A program made the translations under genes and the position numbers. 64,000 bases of DNA from positions 1,206 through 65,205 of the IMG/VR virus record IMGVR_UViG_3300045936_000212. The stretch is one strand, 5' to 3'. Each line of letters begins with the position of its first letter. Position 1 is the first letter of the stretch. The stretch comes from a virus. Its lineage: Duplodnaviria > Caudoviricetes. Positions 1-10,396 of the stretch are shown in pieces. A model generated the notes under the pieces. That model worked only from the letters and a program-made list of their open reading frames with translations. It ran no database searches and was not told where the DNA came from.

Positions 1-1403
1 AGATCTACGACAACCCGGCCGGAACCCGCCGCGCGATCATCAGTTTCGGCCGCAAGAACGGCAAGACGGCGCTGGCCGCGTTCCTCCTACTCCTCCACCT
101 GTGCGGTCCGGAGGCGCTTGAGAACTCGGAACTCTACAGCGCGGCGCAGTCGCGCGAGCAGGCGGGCATCCTCTTTTCGCTCGCCGCCAAGACGGTTCGC
201 GCCTCGCCGAAGCTCGAGCCGTTCATCACGATCCGCGACACCCGCAAGGAGCTGTTCTGCCCAGGTCGCGGCACCCTCTATCGGGCGCTCTCGGCCGAGG
301 TGAAGACCTCCTACGGCCTCAGCCCGGTCTTCGTGGTGCACGACGAGCTCGGCCAGGTGAAGGGGCCGCGCAGCCCGCTCTACGAGGCGCTGGAGACCGC
401 CACCGGGGCGCAGGAAGCCCCGCTGTCGATTATCATCAGCACCCAGGCCCCGACCGAAGCAGACCTCTTGTCGGTGCTGCTCGACGACGCCATCGCCGGC
501 CACGACCCGCGCGTCATCTACTCGCTCTACACCGCCGACATGGACGCCGACCCGTTCGACGCGTGGACGATCCGGCAGGCCAACCCGGCTTTCGGCGACT
601 TCCAGAACGCCGCCGAGGTTCTGGCCATGGCCGAGGACGCGCGCCGCACCCCGAGCCTGGAAGCGTCGTACCGCAACCTGATCCTGAACCAGCGGGTCGA
701 AGCTTCGGCGCCCTTCGTCTCGCGCGGGGTCTGGGCCGCCAACAACGCAAAGCCGAAGCCGCTGGCGGGCGTCCCGGTCTATGGCGGGCTCGATCTCTCG
801 GAGACCGCCGATCTCACCGCGCTGGTGCTGATCGGCCTCGTCGACGAGATCTGGCAGATCCACCCGACCTTCTGGCTACCGGGCGACGGGTTGAAGGCCA
901 AGGCGGATCACGACCGGGTGCCCTACGACCTCTGGCACCGCGAAGGCTACCTCCTGGCGGCGCCGGGCAAGAGCGTCGACTACGAGTACGTCGCCGAGTA
1001 CCTGACCGGAGTCTTCGACGCTTTCGATATCAAGAAGATCGCCTTCGACCGGTGGAATTTCCGGCACCTGCGGCCTTGGCTGCTAAAGGTCGGGTTCACC
1101 GAGGCGATGATCGAAAAGCACTTTGAGGAATTCGGCCAGGGCATGAAGTCGATGTCGCCGGCCCTGCGCGTGCTGGAGGCCGACCTCCTCAATGGCCGGA
1201 TGGCACACGGCGATCACCCGGTGCTGCGCATGTGCTCGCGCAACGCGGTCATCGACACCGATCCGGCCGGCAACCGGAAGCTGATCAAGGATCCGAAAAA
1301 GCTCTCGGGCCGGGTCGACGGCATGATCTCGCTGGCCATGGCGCGCGGCGCCGCCGCCGCCGATGCCGAGAAAACCTTCAATATCCGCGCGCTGATCGGT
1401 TAG
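1..1403 (+). CDS. terL: Terminase large subunit (5'-truncated)
   Basis: Frame is open from base 3: IYDNPAGTRRAIISFGRKNGKTALAA (Walker A), VVHDELG (Walker B), YGGLDLS and C-terminal RVDGMISLAMA nuclease motifs. Confidence 0.95.
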   Translation, partial: IYDNPAGTRRAIISFGRKNGKTALAAFLLLLHLCGPEALENSELYSAAQSREQAGILFSLAAKTVRASPKLEPFITIRDTRKELFCPGRGTLYRALSAEVKTSYGLSPVFVVHDELGQVKGPRSPLYEALETATGAQEAPLSIIISTQAPTEADLLSVLLDDAIAGHDPRVIYSLYTADMDADPFDAWTIRQANPAFGDFQNAAEVLAMAEDARRTPSLEASYRNLILNQRVEASAPFVSRGVWAANNAKPKPLAGVPVYGGLDLSETADLTALVLIGLVDEIWQIHPTFWLPGDGLKAKADHDRVPYDLWHREGYLLAAPGKSVDYEYVAEYLTGVFDAFDIKKIAFDRWNFRHLRPWLLKVGFTEAMIEKHFEEFGQGMKSMSPALRVLEADLLNGRMAHGDHPVLRMCSRNAVIDTDPAGNRKLIKDPKKLSGRVDGMISLAMARGAAAADAEKTFNIRALIG

Positions 1404-1500
1404 CGGCGCGGCCCCGCCGGGCGAGGGGCTCAGACCCGGCAGGTTGTCTGGGGACGCCTCACCGCGCCGCCGTGCGCTCTTTAATCTCGGGATCTCGAAA

Positions 1501-3456
1501 ATGGAACTCGTCCAGAGGACGACGGCTGCTGCCGCGCCTGGCGGCGACCCGCTCGAGTTCGTCATGTCGGACGCGACGGTCGATAGATTCGGCGACATCA
1601 TCGAACCCGACGGCTGGCAGCTCGCGAACTTCCGCAAGAACCCGATCGCGCTGTTCGGCCACGACGGCGACTTTCTGGTCGGCAACTGGCACAACGTCAG
1701 GATCGAGGACGGCGCGCTGATCGGTCGCCTCGACTTGCTGCCGCCCGTCTCGGAGCGGCTGCGGGAGATCCACACCGCCATCGATGCCGGCGTCCTGCGC
1801 GCCGTCTCGGTCGGCTTCCGCCCGATCAAGCGCGAGCCCATCGAGGGCAGCAAGGTCGGCGGCATCCGCTTCCTCGAAACCGAACTTGTCGAATGCTCGC
1901 TCGTCTCAGTGCCGGCGAACCCGAACGCGCTGCAGGTGGCGAGAAGTCTGAATTTGTCCCGCGATACCATGGCTCTGATCTTTGGCGAGTCCGCCCTTGA
2001 TGGTCAGGAACCGGGTCGTGGGCGTCCTGGCGAGCCTGCCGGAACCTCCCTGACCAGAAGGTCACCCCCGATGAATATCTCGGAGCGTATCGAGCGGGCT
2101 CAGGCCACGCTCACCGAACTCAAGGACAAGCTTAACAACCACATCACCTCGCAGGGCGAAGTGATCGACGAGGCGGCGACTTTGGTCGCGGCCGAACTTA
2201 GCGGGCAGATTAAGCAGACCGAGGGCACGCTGGTGATGCTGAAAGACGCGGAAGCGTCGCTCGGCGCCAAGAGCGATCCCCTGGTCACCACCCCCGGCAC
2301 GAACGTCGTTACCACCACCGGCAACAACACCCGCCGGCCGTTCTCGCTGCCGCAGAAAAAGGTCGAGCCGGTCGACTACATCTACCGCTCGGTGGCGGCG
2401 GCGGTCGTCGCCCACATGACCCATCGGCCGATCCCCGAGGTCTTGCGCGCCGCCTACGGCGACGACGAGATCACCCACCGGGTCGCCGACATTCTGGTGA
2501 TGCGGGCCGCGACGGTGCCGGCGTCCACCACCCAGGTCGGCTGGGCCGCCGAGCTGGTGCAGACCGCGATCCTCGACCTCATCGACACGCTGCCGGTGAT
2601 GTCGGTCTACCCGCGGCTGCGCGCGCTCGGCGGGCGCTACACCTTCGGGCGCAACGGCATCGTCTCCCTGCCGGCGCGCAGCGCGACCCCGACCGTCGCC
2701 GGGTCGTTCATCGCCGAAGGTGCTCCCATCCCGGTGCGGCAGGCTGCGTTCACCGCAGTCACGCTGACCCCGAAGAAGATGGGCGTCATCACCACGATGA
2801 CCCGGCAGATCGCGATGCACTCGACGCCGGCCATCGAACAGGTGCTGCGCGAGGCGATGGCCGACGACACCGCCATCTCGCTCGACACGATCCTGCTCGA
2901 CAACGTGGCGGGGACTGCGGTGCGGCCACCGGGCCTGCGGTACAACGTGACCCCGGTCACGCCGACCGCCGGCGGCGGGTTTGCGGCGCTGGTCGGCGAC
3001 CTGAGCAAGCTCGTCGAGGTGCTGTCGGACGCCAACTCGATGCGCTCGCCCGCCTGGATCATGCACCCCAGCGATGTGGTGCGGATCGGGCTGACTCAGG
3101 GCACCGCCGGCACCGACTTCCCGTTCCGCGCCGAGGTCAATGCCGGGAACCTGCTGGGCTACCCGGTCATCCAGTCCACGACCCAGACCAAGAAGTCGGT
3201 GATCCTGCTCGACGCCGCCGACTTCTTCTCGGCGACCGGCGACGAGCCGATGTTCGACGTGTCGGATCAGGCGACGATCCACATGGAGGACACCACCCCG
3301 CTGCCGATCGGCTCGACGGGCACCCCCAACACCGTGGCGGCGCCGGTTCGCTCGCTGTGGCAGACGGACAGCCTCGGCATCCGCATGCTGCTCGATGTCA
3401 ACTGGGCGATGCGGCGCACGGGCGTCGTGACTTACGTCACGGGCGTGACTTGGTAA
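1501..3456 (+). CDS. HK97-type prohead protease fused to major capsid protein
   Basis: N-terminal DRFGDII..NPIALFGH..AVSVGF..ELVECSLVSVPANPNAL (HK97 protease), then a coiled-coil delta-like region from the internal Met at 2071, then an HK97 capsid region (LTPKKMGVI, WIMHP, LLGYPV, SLWQTD). No stop between parts. Confidence 0.93.
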   Translation: MELVQRTTAAAAPGGDPLEFVMSDATVDRFGDIIEPDGWQLANFRKNPIALFGHDGDFLVGNWHNVRIEDGALIGRLDLLPPVSERLREIHTAIDAGVLRAVSVGFRPIKREPIEGSKVGGIRFLETELVECSLVSVPANPNALQVARSLNLSRDTMALIFGESALDGQEPGRGRPGEPAGTSLTRRSPPMNISERIERAQATLTELKDKLNNHITSQGEVIDEAATLVAAELSGQIKQTEGTLVMLKDAEASLGAKSDPLVTTPGTNVVTTTGNNTRRPFSLPQKKVEPVDYIYRSVAAAVVAHMTHRPIPEVLRAAYGDDEITHRVADILVMRAATVPASTTQVGWAAELVQTAILDLIDTLPVMSVYPRLRALGGRYTFGRNGIVSLPARSATPTVAGSFIAEGAPIPVRQAAFTAVTLTPKKMGVITTMTRQIAMHSTPAIEQVLREAMADDTAISLDTILLDNVAGTAVRPPGLRYNVTPVTPTAGGGFAALVGDLSKLVEVLSDANSMRSPAWIMHPSDVVRIGLTQGTAGTDFPFRAEVNAGNLLGYPVIQSTTQTKKSVILLDAADFFSATGDEPMFDVSDQATIHMEDTTPLPIGSTGTPNTVAAPVRSLWQTDSLGIRMLLDVNWAMRRTGVVTYVTGVTW

Positions 3457-3467
3457 GCAGACGATCA

Positions 3468-3497
3468 GATGGCGGGCGGTCTGAACCGCCCGTCGTC
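3468..3497 (+). terminator. Strong hairpin after the capsid gene (terminator or mRNA stabiliser)
   Basis: GATGGCGGGCGGT-CTGA-ACCGCCCGTCGTC inverted repeat 11 nt after the stop; no clear U-tract. Confidence 0.45.
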
Positions 3498-3574
3498 GTG
3501 CTGCTTGTGGTGGCAGGCCTGGCGCTATGCGTGATCGGCCTCGCCGCCATCCCGATCCTCTTCGCGGTGCCGCA

Positions 3575-3778
3575 ATGACCGAGCCGCTGCTGCAGTTCTT
3601 CGCCTACCACCACCTGCCGATTCAACTCCAGGCGATCAGCATGCCGTTCGGCGAACTGGCCGACCACATCGTCGCGACGCTGCCGCGCAACCCCGAGCGG
3701 ACGACCGCGCTGCGCAAGCTCCTCGAGTCCAAGGACTGCGCGGTCCGGGCGGCGCTGTTCAAGGAGCCGGCATCATGA
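3575..3778 (+). CDS. Small conserved phage helical-hairpin protein (possibly Acb2/Tad1-hairpin-like)
   Basis: MTEPLLQFFAYHHLP...LPRNPERTTALRKLLESKDCAVRA; recognisable widespread phage family; ATGA overlap with the next gene. Confidence 0.7.
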   Translation: MTEPLLQFFAYHHLPIQLQAISMPFGELADHIVATLPRNPERTTALRKLLESKDCAVRAALFKEPAS

Positions 3779-4077
3779 GCACCATCGAAGAGATGCGTGC
3801 CGCCTGGGACAAGCAGACCAAGGAACCCTTGGTGCCGATGCCGCCCGGCGCTGCGGTGCCTGGATCCGCGCTCGAGTACCGCATCGCCAAGCTGCGGCTG
3901 GAGCCCGGCGATGTCCTCATCGTCAAGGTGGATCAGCACCTAACCCTGGAGATGACGATCGGCGCGGCCCAAGCGATGAAGGACATCGTTGGCCAGGATG
4001 TGCCGGTCATGGTGATCGACCGAGACATCGACGTGTCGCTGCTGACCAAGGCCGAGATCGCGGAGCGAACAGTATGA
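3775..4077 (+). CDS. Hypothetical protein
   Basis: Coupled by ATGA overlaps; normal codon usage. Confidence 0.7.
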   Translation: MSTIEEMRAAWDKQTKEPLVPMPPGAAVPGSALEYRIAKLRLEPGDVLIVKVDQHLTLEMTIGAAQAMKDIVGQDVPVMVIDRDIDVSLLTKAEIAERTV

Positions 4078-4289
4078 GCGATCCATGGGCCTCCGGGGTG
4101 ATGCGTTTCGAGGTAGCGCAGGCTGACCCGTTCGAACGGTTGCCAGCACTGGCGGCGAGGCTGGGGGTGAAGCCTTACGAGGCTGAGGATCGAGGTCAGG
4201 CCGAGGTGCTGCTGCACACCAAGAACGGCGAGCGCTACAGCCTGTTCGACCTGATCAACGCGTTTCTCGACCGGTTGGATAAGGCATGA
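4074..4289 (+). CDS. Hypothetical protein
   Basis: ATGA overlaps on both sides. Confidence 0.65.
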   Translation: MSDPWASGVMRFEVAQADPFERLPALAARLGVKPYEAEDRGQAEVLLHTKNGERYSLFDLINAFLDRLDKA

Positions 4290-4510
4290 TGGACGTGCCG
4301 CTGATCTGCGACCCGGTGCCGGGACCATCGGGGATCATCACGACTTCCCGGCGATTATCAGCGGCTGACGTAGAGCGGTTTCGCAAACGCTGGGCACTCG
4401 TATCGAAGGGCTTCGCAAGTCCGAGCGAAATACTGCCTGCGGCGTATCGGTTCCAACCGTTGACCGCCGGCCGCACCGAATGGCCCGACGCCGAGTATTG
4501 CGCGGCCTGA
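4286..4510 (+). CDS. Hypothetical protein
   Basis: ATGA overlap; fills the operon gap. Confidence 0.55.
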   Translation: MMDVPLICDPVPGPSGIITTSRRLSAADVERFRKRWALVSKGFASPSEILPAAYRFQPLTAGRTEWPDAEYCAA

Positions 4511-4513
4511 CCG

Positions 4514-5830
4514 ATGCGCCTCCTCGTCCTCTATCACGCCGGGTACAGCTACACGCCGACGATCCGGCATTACCTCGAGGCCTTCGGGCGGTACTCGACC
4601 TGCGAGGTCGCGTATTCGAACGTCGACCAGCCCGAATGCATCGATCTTGCATATTTCGACGCGGTTTTGGTCAATTTCTGCGTCACCTCGATGGTGCGCT
4701 TCCCCGAGCGCCTGCCCGAGTTCTTCCCGCCCTTGGCGGCGGCGCTGGCCGGGTTCAAGGGCGTCAAGCTGGCCGCGGTGCAGGACGACTACGACTTCAC
4801 CAACCGGGTGATCGAGTTCCTGGCCCAGATCGGTGCCGACATCGTGCTGACCCCGGTGCCGGCCGAAGGGATTCCGGTCGTCTATCGCGAGCTCGCGAAC
4901 CGGATGCACTTCGAGACGGTGCGCACCGCCTATCTCGTCCCCGGCCTGATCGAGCGCGGTCATTCGCTGCCGCCACTGGCCGAGCGGCCGATCAGCCTCG
5001 GGTATCGCGGTCGCGAACTGCCCTACCGGCTGGGTGATCTCGCCTGGCACAAGGCCGAGGTCGGGCGGCAGTTCAAATGGGCCTGCTCCCGCCGGCATGT
5101 CGCCTGCGACATCGCGATCGATGAGGGAAGCCGGTTTCTGGGCGACGCCTGGCTCGATTTCGTCGCCCGCTGCCGGGTCATGCTGGGCAGCCCCAGCGGG
5201 GCCAACGTCTTCGACTTCGACGGCTCGCTGCACAAGCGCCTCGTCGCGCTCTACCGGCCGGGCCTGCGCTACGGCGAGGTGCGCGACGAGATCCTCGCTC
5301 ACGCGGTCCCGTTCGACATGGGGCAGGTCTCGGCCCGGATCTACGAGGCGGTGGCGTTCGGCACCGCGCTGGCGCTGGTGCGCGGCAATTACTCCGGGGT
5401 GCTCGAACCCGACGAGCACTATGTCCCGATCGAACCCGACTACAGCAATGTCGATCAGGTGCTGGAGCGCATCCTCGACATCCCGGCCATGGAAGCGATG
5501 GCCGAGCGTGCGCTGACCCATGTCACGGGCGATCTGCGCAACCACTACAGCGATTTCGTCGGCCGCATCGACGACCTGATCCTGGCGCGGTGCCACCTCG
5601 GCGGTGGGGTCGCCCACGGGCAGGGGCCTCGGCCCGCAGTCACCGATCACCTGCTCGGCACCGATCCGTACCTGATCCGACAGCTGTTTGAGACCCGGCG
5701 CGCGCTGGCGGAATCCGAGGCGAACCGACGGGAGTTCCTGCAGCTCGCCGCCGAGAGGAGGCTCGAGGTCGTCCGAACCGGCGAGCGAACCTATCAGGTG
5801 CTGCACCGCGCCGAGGCGCGTTCGCCTTGA
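4514..5830 (+). CDS. Glycosyltransferase-like protein (GT-B / CgeB-like)
   Basis: MRLLVLY N-terminal strand, RPISLGYRGR, and SARIYEAVAFGTALALVRGNYSGVLEPDEHYVPI, typical of the Glyco_trans_1_2 C-terminal domain. Confidence 0.75.
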   Translation: MRLLVLYHAGYSYTPTIRHYLEAFGRYSTCEVAYSNVDQPECIDLAYFDAVLVNFCVTSMVRFPERLPEFFPPLAAALAGFKGVKLAAVQDDYDFTNRVIEFLAQIGADIVLTPVPAEGIPVVYRELANRMHFETVRTAYLVPGLIERGHSLPPLAERPISLGYRGRELPYRLGDLAWHKAEVGRQFKWACSRRHVACDIAIDEGSRFLGDAWLDFVARCRVMLGSPSGANVFDFDGSLHKRLVALYRPGLRYGEVRDEILAHAVPFDMGQVSARIYEAVAFGTALALVRGNYSGVLEPDEHYVPIEPDYSNVDQVLERILDIPAMEAMAERALTHVTGDLRNHYSDFVGRIDDLILARCHLGGGVAHGQGPRPAVTDHLLGTDPYLIRQLFETRRALAESEANRREFLQLAAERRLEVVRTGERTYQVLHRAEARSP

Positions 5831-5878
5831 TGATCCCCTGTGGATTAGCTGGGGATGATTAGCTGAGGAGATAGCAAA

Positions 5879-6250
5879 ATGTCCGACGAACAGGCGGTGC
5901 ACGACGCGCTGAGCGCCGAGTCGGCGCGGGTCATGGAGCAAAGCAAGCCCATCCCGAGCCAAGCCGATATCGACGCGATCAAGCGCGGCGAGAAGGGCGT
6001 CGACGACAAGGAGGATCCGAAGAACCCCGAAATGCCGCCCGCGCATGAGCAGCACGCGGCCTTCCGCCAGGCGCGGCAATCCGATGCGGATCGCGCTGGC
6101 CGGGAGCGCGGCGGCTATCAGACCCGCGCGGCTGAGCCAGAGGAGTCGACGCCGGCACCGGCCCCGACCTCGGGCCGCAGCACGTCGCGGGCGTCGTCAT
6201 CGTCGTTGTCCTCGACCTCCACCCCCGACGACGAGAAACACACTGCGTAA
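5879..6250 (+). CDS. Hypothetical low-complexity protein (head module)
   Basis: GAGGAG RBS; abuts the portal start. Confidence 0.7.
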   Translation: MSDEQAVHDALSAESARVMEQSKPIPSQADIDAIKRGEKGVDDKEDPKNPEMPPAHEQHAAFRQARQSDADRAGRERGGYQTRAAEPEESTPAPAPTSGRSTSRASSSSLSSTSTPDDEKHTA

Positions 6251-7684
6251 ATGCTGGGCCTTCCCGCAGTTCGGCGCGTCTTGGATGCATTCGCGCAGCC
6301 CTTCCGCGCGCCCGTCGCCAGATCGGACGTGCCGGCAACCACGCCGGCACCGCCCGCTGGCTATATCCTGCCGTTGGGCGGCGGATACATTCCGGCGAGC
6401 TGGCCGGTCAATTTCTGGCAGATGGGCTATGACCCGCTGTCCCACGATGCGTCGTCGGTCGTCTACGGCTGCATCGCCGCCTACGCGCAGACCGTCGCGA
6501 TGTGCCCTCCCGCGCATTGGCGCTCGACCGGCGACGGCGGTCGCGAGATGGTCACCACCTCGGCGCTGTCGCGGATCCTGCGCAAGCCGAATTTCTATCA
6601 GTCGCCATCGGACTTCTTCCTCTACCTGACCGACTGTCTCTACCGGCAGGGCGAGGCCTTCGGCCTGGCGCTGCGCAACGAGCGGTTCGAGATCAACCAG
6701 ATCCACCTGATGAACCCGCGGCTCTGTTTTGCGCGGGTCGCGGTCACCGGGGATCTTTTCTACACGCTGGGCGGCAACGAGATCGTCGAGCGGATGTTCG
6801 AGGGCGAACGCTACCTCCTCGACGCCGTGCCGGCCCGCGATGTCCTGCACGTCCGCCTGCCCGATCCCCGCAACCCGCTGAAGGGCTGCCCACCGCTCGA
6901 GGCCTCGCTGATCGAGCGTGCCGCCTCGGAGGCGATGGTGCAGCAGGCGCTCGCCTACGCCAACAATCAGGGTCGCCCGTCGGGGGTGCTGTCGACCGAG
7001 GCGGATCTCAACGAGGAGCAGGTCACGTTTCTGCGGATGCTCTGGGACAAGCAGACCAAGGGTGTCAACCAGGGCGGCACGCCGATCCTGACCAACGGCC
7101 TCAAGTGGGAGTCGGCGGTCATGAACTCGCGCGACGCCCAGATCGCCGAGTTTTTGAAGTTGTCGGATGCGCGCATCGCCACCGCCTATCGGGTGCCGCA
7201 GGCACTTCTCAGCCTAGAGCCGCAGGGGCCGCAAACCTCGACCGAGGCCCTGATGCAGTACTGGGTCGCCACCGGTCTGGGGTTTGCCGCCAACCATATC
7301 GAGGAAGCGTTCGGGCTGCTGTTCGGCCTCGCCGGCCAGCCGATCGAATACATGGAAATGGATTTCGAGGCGCTGCTCCGAGCCAACTTCCGAGATCGCA
7401 TGGAAGGTCTCGCCCGCGCGGTGCAGGGCGGCATCTTTGCTCCCAACGAAGCCCGCGCCCGCGAAGAGCTGCCGAAGAAGCCCTACGGCGACGAACCCCG
7501 CGTGCAGCAACAGGTCGTGCCGCTGAGCGCCTGGGCGCAAACGCCGCCCGCCACCCCCGCCCCGGATGCGCCCCCGTCCTCACCGCCAGCCGGAGATGAA
7601 CCGAATGTCGACGGCAGCACCCAGGAGCAATTCGATTGGGTCCGGGCCATCAACGATGCCGCCGATCGATATCGGGCCGCGTGA
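6251..7684 (+). CDS. Portal protein, HK97 family
   Basis: [59 protein letters not shown] motifs. Confidence 0.95.
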   Translation: MLGLPAVRRVLDAFAQPFRAPVARSDVPATTPAPPAGYILPLGGGYIPASWPVNFWQMGYDPLSHDASSVVYGCIAAYAQTVAMCPPAHWRSTGDGGREMVTTSALSRILRKPNFYQSPSDFFLYLTDCLYRQGEAFGLALRNERFEINQIHLMNPRLCFARVAVTGDLFYTLGGNEIVERMFEGERYLLDAVPARDVLHVRLPDPRNPLKGCPPLEASLIERAASEAMVQQALAYANNQGRPSGVLSTEADLNEEQVTFLRMLWDKQTKGVNQGGTPILTNGLKWESAVMNSRDAQIAEFLKLSDARIATAYRVPQALLSLEPQGPQTSTEALMQYWVATGLGFAANHIEEAFGLLFGLAGQPIEYMEMDFEALLRANFRDRMEGLARAVQGGIFAPNEARAREELPKKPYGDEPRVQQQVVPLSAWAQTPPATPAPDAPPSSPPAGDEPNVDGSTQEQFDWVRAINDAADRYRAA

Positions 7685-9035
7685 GGTCTTCGCCGACGCG
7701 CTGGGTCGGGTGCTGGAGCAGGTCAGGCAGGAGTTCCGGGTAGACCGGCAACTGATGCAGGCCGAGTACGGTCGCACCGTCGCCGAGCTCCGCGCCGAAG
7801 TTTCCGAGCTGAAACTGAAGCTCAACGAGATCATGGCCGAGCGGCTGGCGCAGCTGCATGACGGCAAGGACGGCGAGCCGGGGCCGCAAGGTGATCCAGG
7901 CCCGCAAGGTGAAAAAGGCGAGCCGGGCGCGGCCGGCGACCAAGGGGTTCCGGGTGAGCGCGGTGAGCCGGGCGAGCAGGGGCCTCCCGGCGAGAAGGGT
8001 GAGCCGGGCGAGCGCGGCGAGGCTGGAGAGCGCGGTGAACCGGGCGAGGCTATCAGAGGTGCACCGGGCGAGACGGGCGATCCTGGGCCTCCAGGCGCCG
8101 CCGGAGAGCGCGGTGAACCGGGCGCCCCGGGTGAACGCGGCGAGCCAGGATCTCCGGGTGAGCGCGGTGAGCCTGGCGAGCAGGGGCCGCAAGGGGTTGC
8201 GGGCGAGCGCGGCGAGCGCGGCGAGCCGGGCGCACCGGGTGAGCCGGGGTCTCCGGGCGAGCGCGGTGAGCCGGGCCAGGAGGGGCCGTCGGGGCCACCG
8301 GGTGAGAAAGGTGATCCAGGGGATCCGGGCGAGCGCGGTGAGCGCGGGGAGCCGGGTGACCGCGGCGAGCCGGGCGAGAAAGGTGATCCGGGCCAGGAGG
8401 GCATGCAAGGCCAACCGGGGGAGCCGGGGCCTCCGGGCGAGCGCGGCGAGCCGGGGATACCGGGAGAACGCGGCGAGGCGGGGGTCGCTGGGGAACGCGG
8501 CGATCCCGGCCCAGCGGGCGAGCGCGGCGAGGCCGGGCCTCCCGGCAAGCTGGCCGGCGTCAAGCCCTGGGCGCGCGGTGTTCACTACGAGAGCGATGTC
8601 GTGACGCATCTCGGCTCGACCTGGTGCGCGCTGCGCGACACCGGAGAGGAACCGCCACACGGCGACTGGCTCCTCGTCGCCGAGCGCGGCCAGGACGCTC
8701 CCGTGGGCGAGGTCAGAGGCAGCTATGACCCGACAGCGAAATACCGGCGGTTCGACATCGTCGCCTACAACGGCTCCGAGTGGCGGGCAAAGGTCGATGA
8801 CCCCGGACAACTCCCCGGAGACGGGTGGGCGTTATCTGCACAGAAAGGCGACCGCGGCCGACGCGGCGAACCCGGCGAGCAAGGCCCGCCAGGACCGCAA
8901 GGGAAGGCGGGGGCGACGATCAGCGAGTGGCTGACCGAAGGCTACCGCGCCATCCCGGTGCTGAGCGACGGCACGCTGGGGCCGGCTCTCAATCTGCGCG
9001 AGTTCTTTGAGGCCTACCATGGCGAGGCGCGCTGA
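7656..9035 (+). CDS. Collagen triple-helix repeat protein with C-terminal Trp-rich beta (CBM5/12-like) modules; putative head fibre
   Basis: N-terminal coiled coil, long Gly-X-Y run (about 7860-8550), then [15 protein letters not shown] and [16 protein letters not shown] repeats. Confidence 0.8.
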   Translation: MPPIDIGPREVFADALGRVLEQVRQEFRVDRQLMQAEYGRTVAELRAEVSELKLKLNEIMAERLAQLHDGKDGEPGPQGDPGPQGEKGEPGAAGDQGVPGERGEPGEQGPPGEKGEPGERGEAGERGEPGEAIRGAPGETGDPGPPGAAGERGEPGAPGERGEPGSPGERGEPGEQGPQGVAGERGERGEPGAPGEPGSPGERGEPGQEGPSGPPGEKGDPGDPGERGERGEPGDRGEPGEKGDPGQEGMQGQPGEPGPPGERGEPGIPGERGEAGVAGERGDPGPAGERGEAGPPGKLAGVKPWARGVHYESDVVTHLGSTWCALRDTGEEPPHGDWLLVAERGQDAPVGEVRGSYDPTAKYRRFDIVAYNGSEWRAKVDDPGQLPGDGWALSAQKGDRGRRGEPGEQGPPGPQGKAGATISEWLTEGYRAIPVLSDGTLGPALNLREFFEAYHGEAR

Positions 9036-9601
9036 TGGCCTACGAACTGGTCACAGCGCCCACCACCGAGGTGATCACCCTTGAGCAGGCGAAACTGCAC
9101 CTCAAGGTCGACACCTCGGCCGACGACGACCTGATCACCATGCTGATCATGGCGGCGCGCAATCGGTACGAAGGCCCCTACGGGATCTACGGCTCGGCTT
9201 TTCTGACGCAGACCTGGGACTATTTCGCCGACTCATTCCCGGCGACCGGCCTTGAGATCACCTTTGGCCCGGTCCAGTCGGTCGAGGAGGTCGGGTACAG
9301 CGACAGCAGCGGCAACACCGTGGTCATGGATCCCTCGGCCTATCAGGTGGACAAGGTCAGCGTCCCGGCGCGGATCGTGATCCCCGGTACCGTCCCAGTG
9401 TCGAGCGGGCTCAACTCGGTCAAGGTGCGCCTCAAGGTCGGCTACGGCGACACGGCGGACAAGGTGCCGCCCCTGGTCGTGCAGGTGATGCTGGTGGCGA
9501 TCGGCTACTGGTACGCCAACCGCGGCGGCTACGGCAGCAGCAACTTCCCGGCCTGGATCGACCAGCTGGGGCTGCCGGCAAAGCGCCGCTGGGCGATGTG
9601 A
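9035..9601 (+). CDS. Head-tail connector protein (gp6-like)
   Basis: ITLEQAKLHLKVD..DDDLITMLIMAAR, LTQTW, YWYANR. Confidence 0.9.
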   Translation: MAYELVTAPTTEVITLEQAKLHLKVDTSADDDLITMLIMAARNRYEGPYGIYGSAFLTQTWDYFADSFPATGLEITFGPVQSVEEVGYSDSSGNTVVMDPSAYQVDKVSVPARIVIPGTVPVSSGLNSVKVRLKVGYGDTADKVPPLVVQVMLVAIGYWYANRGGYGSSNFPAWIDQLGLPAKRRWAM

Positions 9602-9602
9602 C

Positions 9603-9953
9603 ATGCTCACCACCAGCGGGCTCGCGCCCTCGATCGGCGAATTGAGCCACCGGGTCGATCTACAACGCCGCACCGACGCCCCGGATGCGGCGACCGGCGG
9701 CACCGTCGAGGCCTACGCCAAGATCGCCACCGTCTGGGCCAGGGTCGAGGCGATTTCCGGTTCGCTCTATTTCGCCAGCCAGCAGGTCGAGACCGGCACG
9801 ACGCACGCCATCACCGTGCGCTACCGCAGCGACTGGCGGCTCGTCGAGTACATCCGCTGGGATCGCCGCAGCTTCCGGGTTGAGCGGTGCCGCGATCTGG
9901 AAGGCCGCGAATACCAAGAGTTCCTCTGCGAGGAAATTGAGACTGAAACCTGA
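9603..9953 (+). CDS. Head-closure / head-tail adaptor protein
   Basis: IGELSHRVDLQ, ATVWARVE, THAITVRYR. Confidence 0.88.
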   Translation: MLTTSGLAPSIGELSHRVDLQRRTDAPDAATGGTVEAYAKIATVWARVEAISGSLYFASQQVETGTTHAITVRYRSDWRLVEYIRWDRRSFRVERCRDLEGREYQEFLCEEIETET

Positions 9954-10396
9954 TGCCGATCCAGTTTGTCACCGACGCCAGTCAAGCCACCCGCGGTCTG
10001 TTCTCGGTCGCCGACTTTGCCGATCTGGCGCGCCGGCCGATCCGCGCGGCGCTGCGCGAGACGGCGCAGGATGTCATGGTCGATGCCAAGGCCAGTATGC
10101 CCGATCGCGGGGGGCGACCGTCGCGCCCCGGCGAGACGCCGACCCGGCAGACCGGGAAACTGGTAGCAGCGCTGATGACGAAGCAGCCGGCCTCGCGCCG
10201 CAACGCCGAGCGGGCGTATGTGACGACGCCGCCGGGCGACGAGTACCGCTACGCCTGGATGCTGGAAAGCGGGTTCCCCCGCATCGGCGGGCCGCGCCCG
10301 TTCTTGGTGCCGGCGCGGCAGCGGCATGTTGCCGACTTTGTCACCCGCGTCGAAGCCGCCCTCGAGGAGGCGGCGCGGCAGACCAACCGCCGATGA
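9953..10396 (+). CDS. HK97 gp10-like tail completion protein
   Basis: PSRPGETPTRQTGKL, YAWMLESG, PRPFLVPA; position in the neck module. Confidence 0.8.
   Translation: MPIQFVTDASQATRGLFSVADFADLARRPIRAALRETAQDVMVDAKASMPDRGGRPSRPGETPTRQTGKLVAALMTKQPASRRNAERAYVTTPPGDEYRYAWMLESGFPRIGGPRPFLVPARQRHVADFVTRVEAALEEAARQTNRR

Noticed and set aside
7860-8550. 9-nt-period repeats as a non-coding array, and the antisense Pro/Ser ORFs 7580-8563 and 7650-8810
   Set aside because: Fully explained by Gly-X-Y collagen codons on the plus strand.
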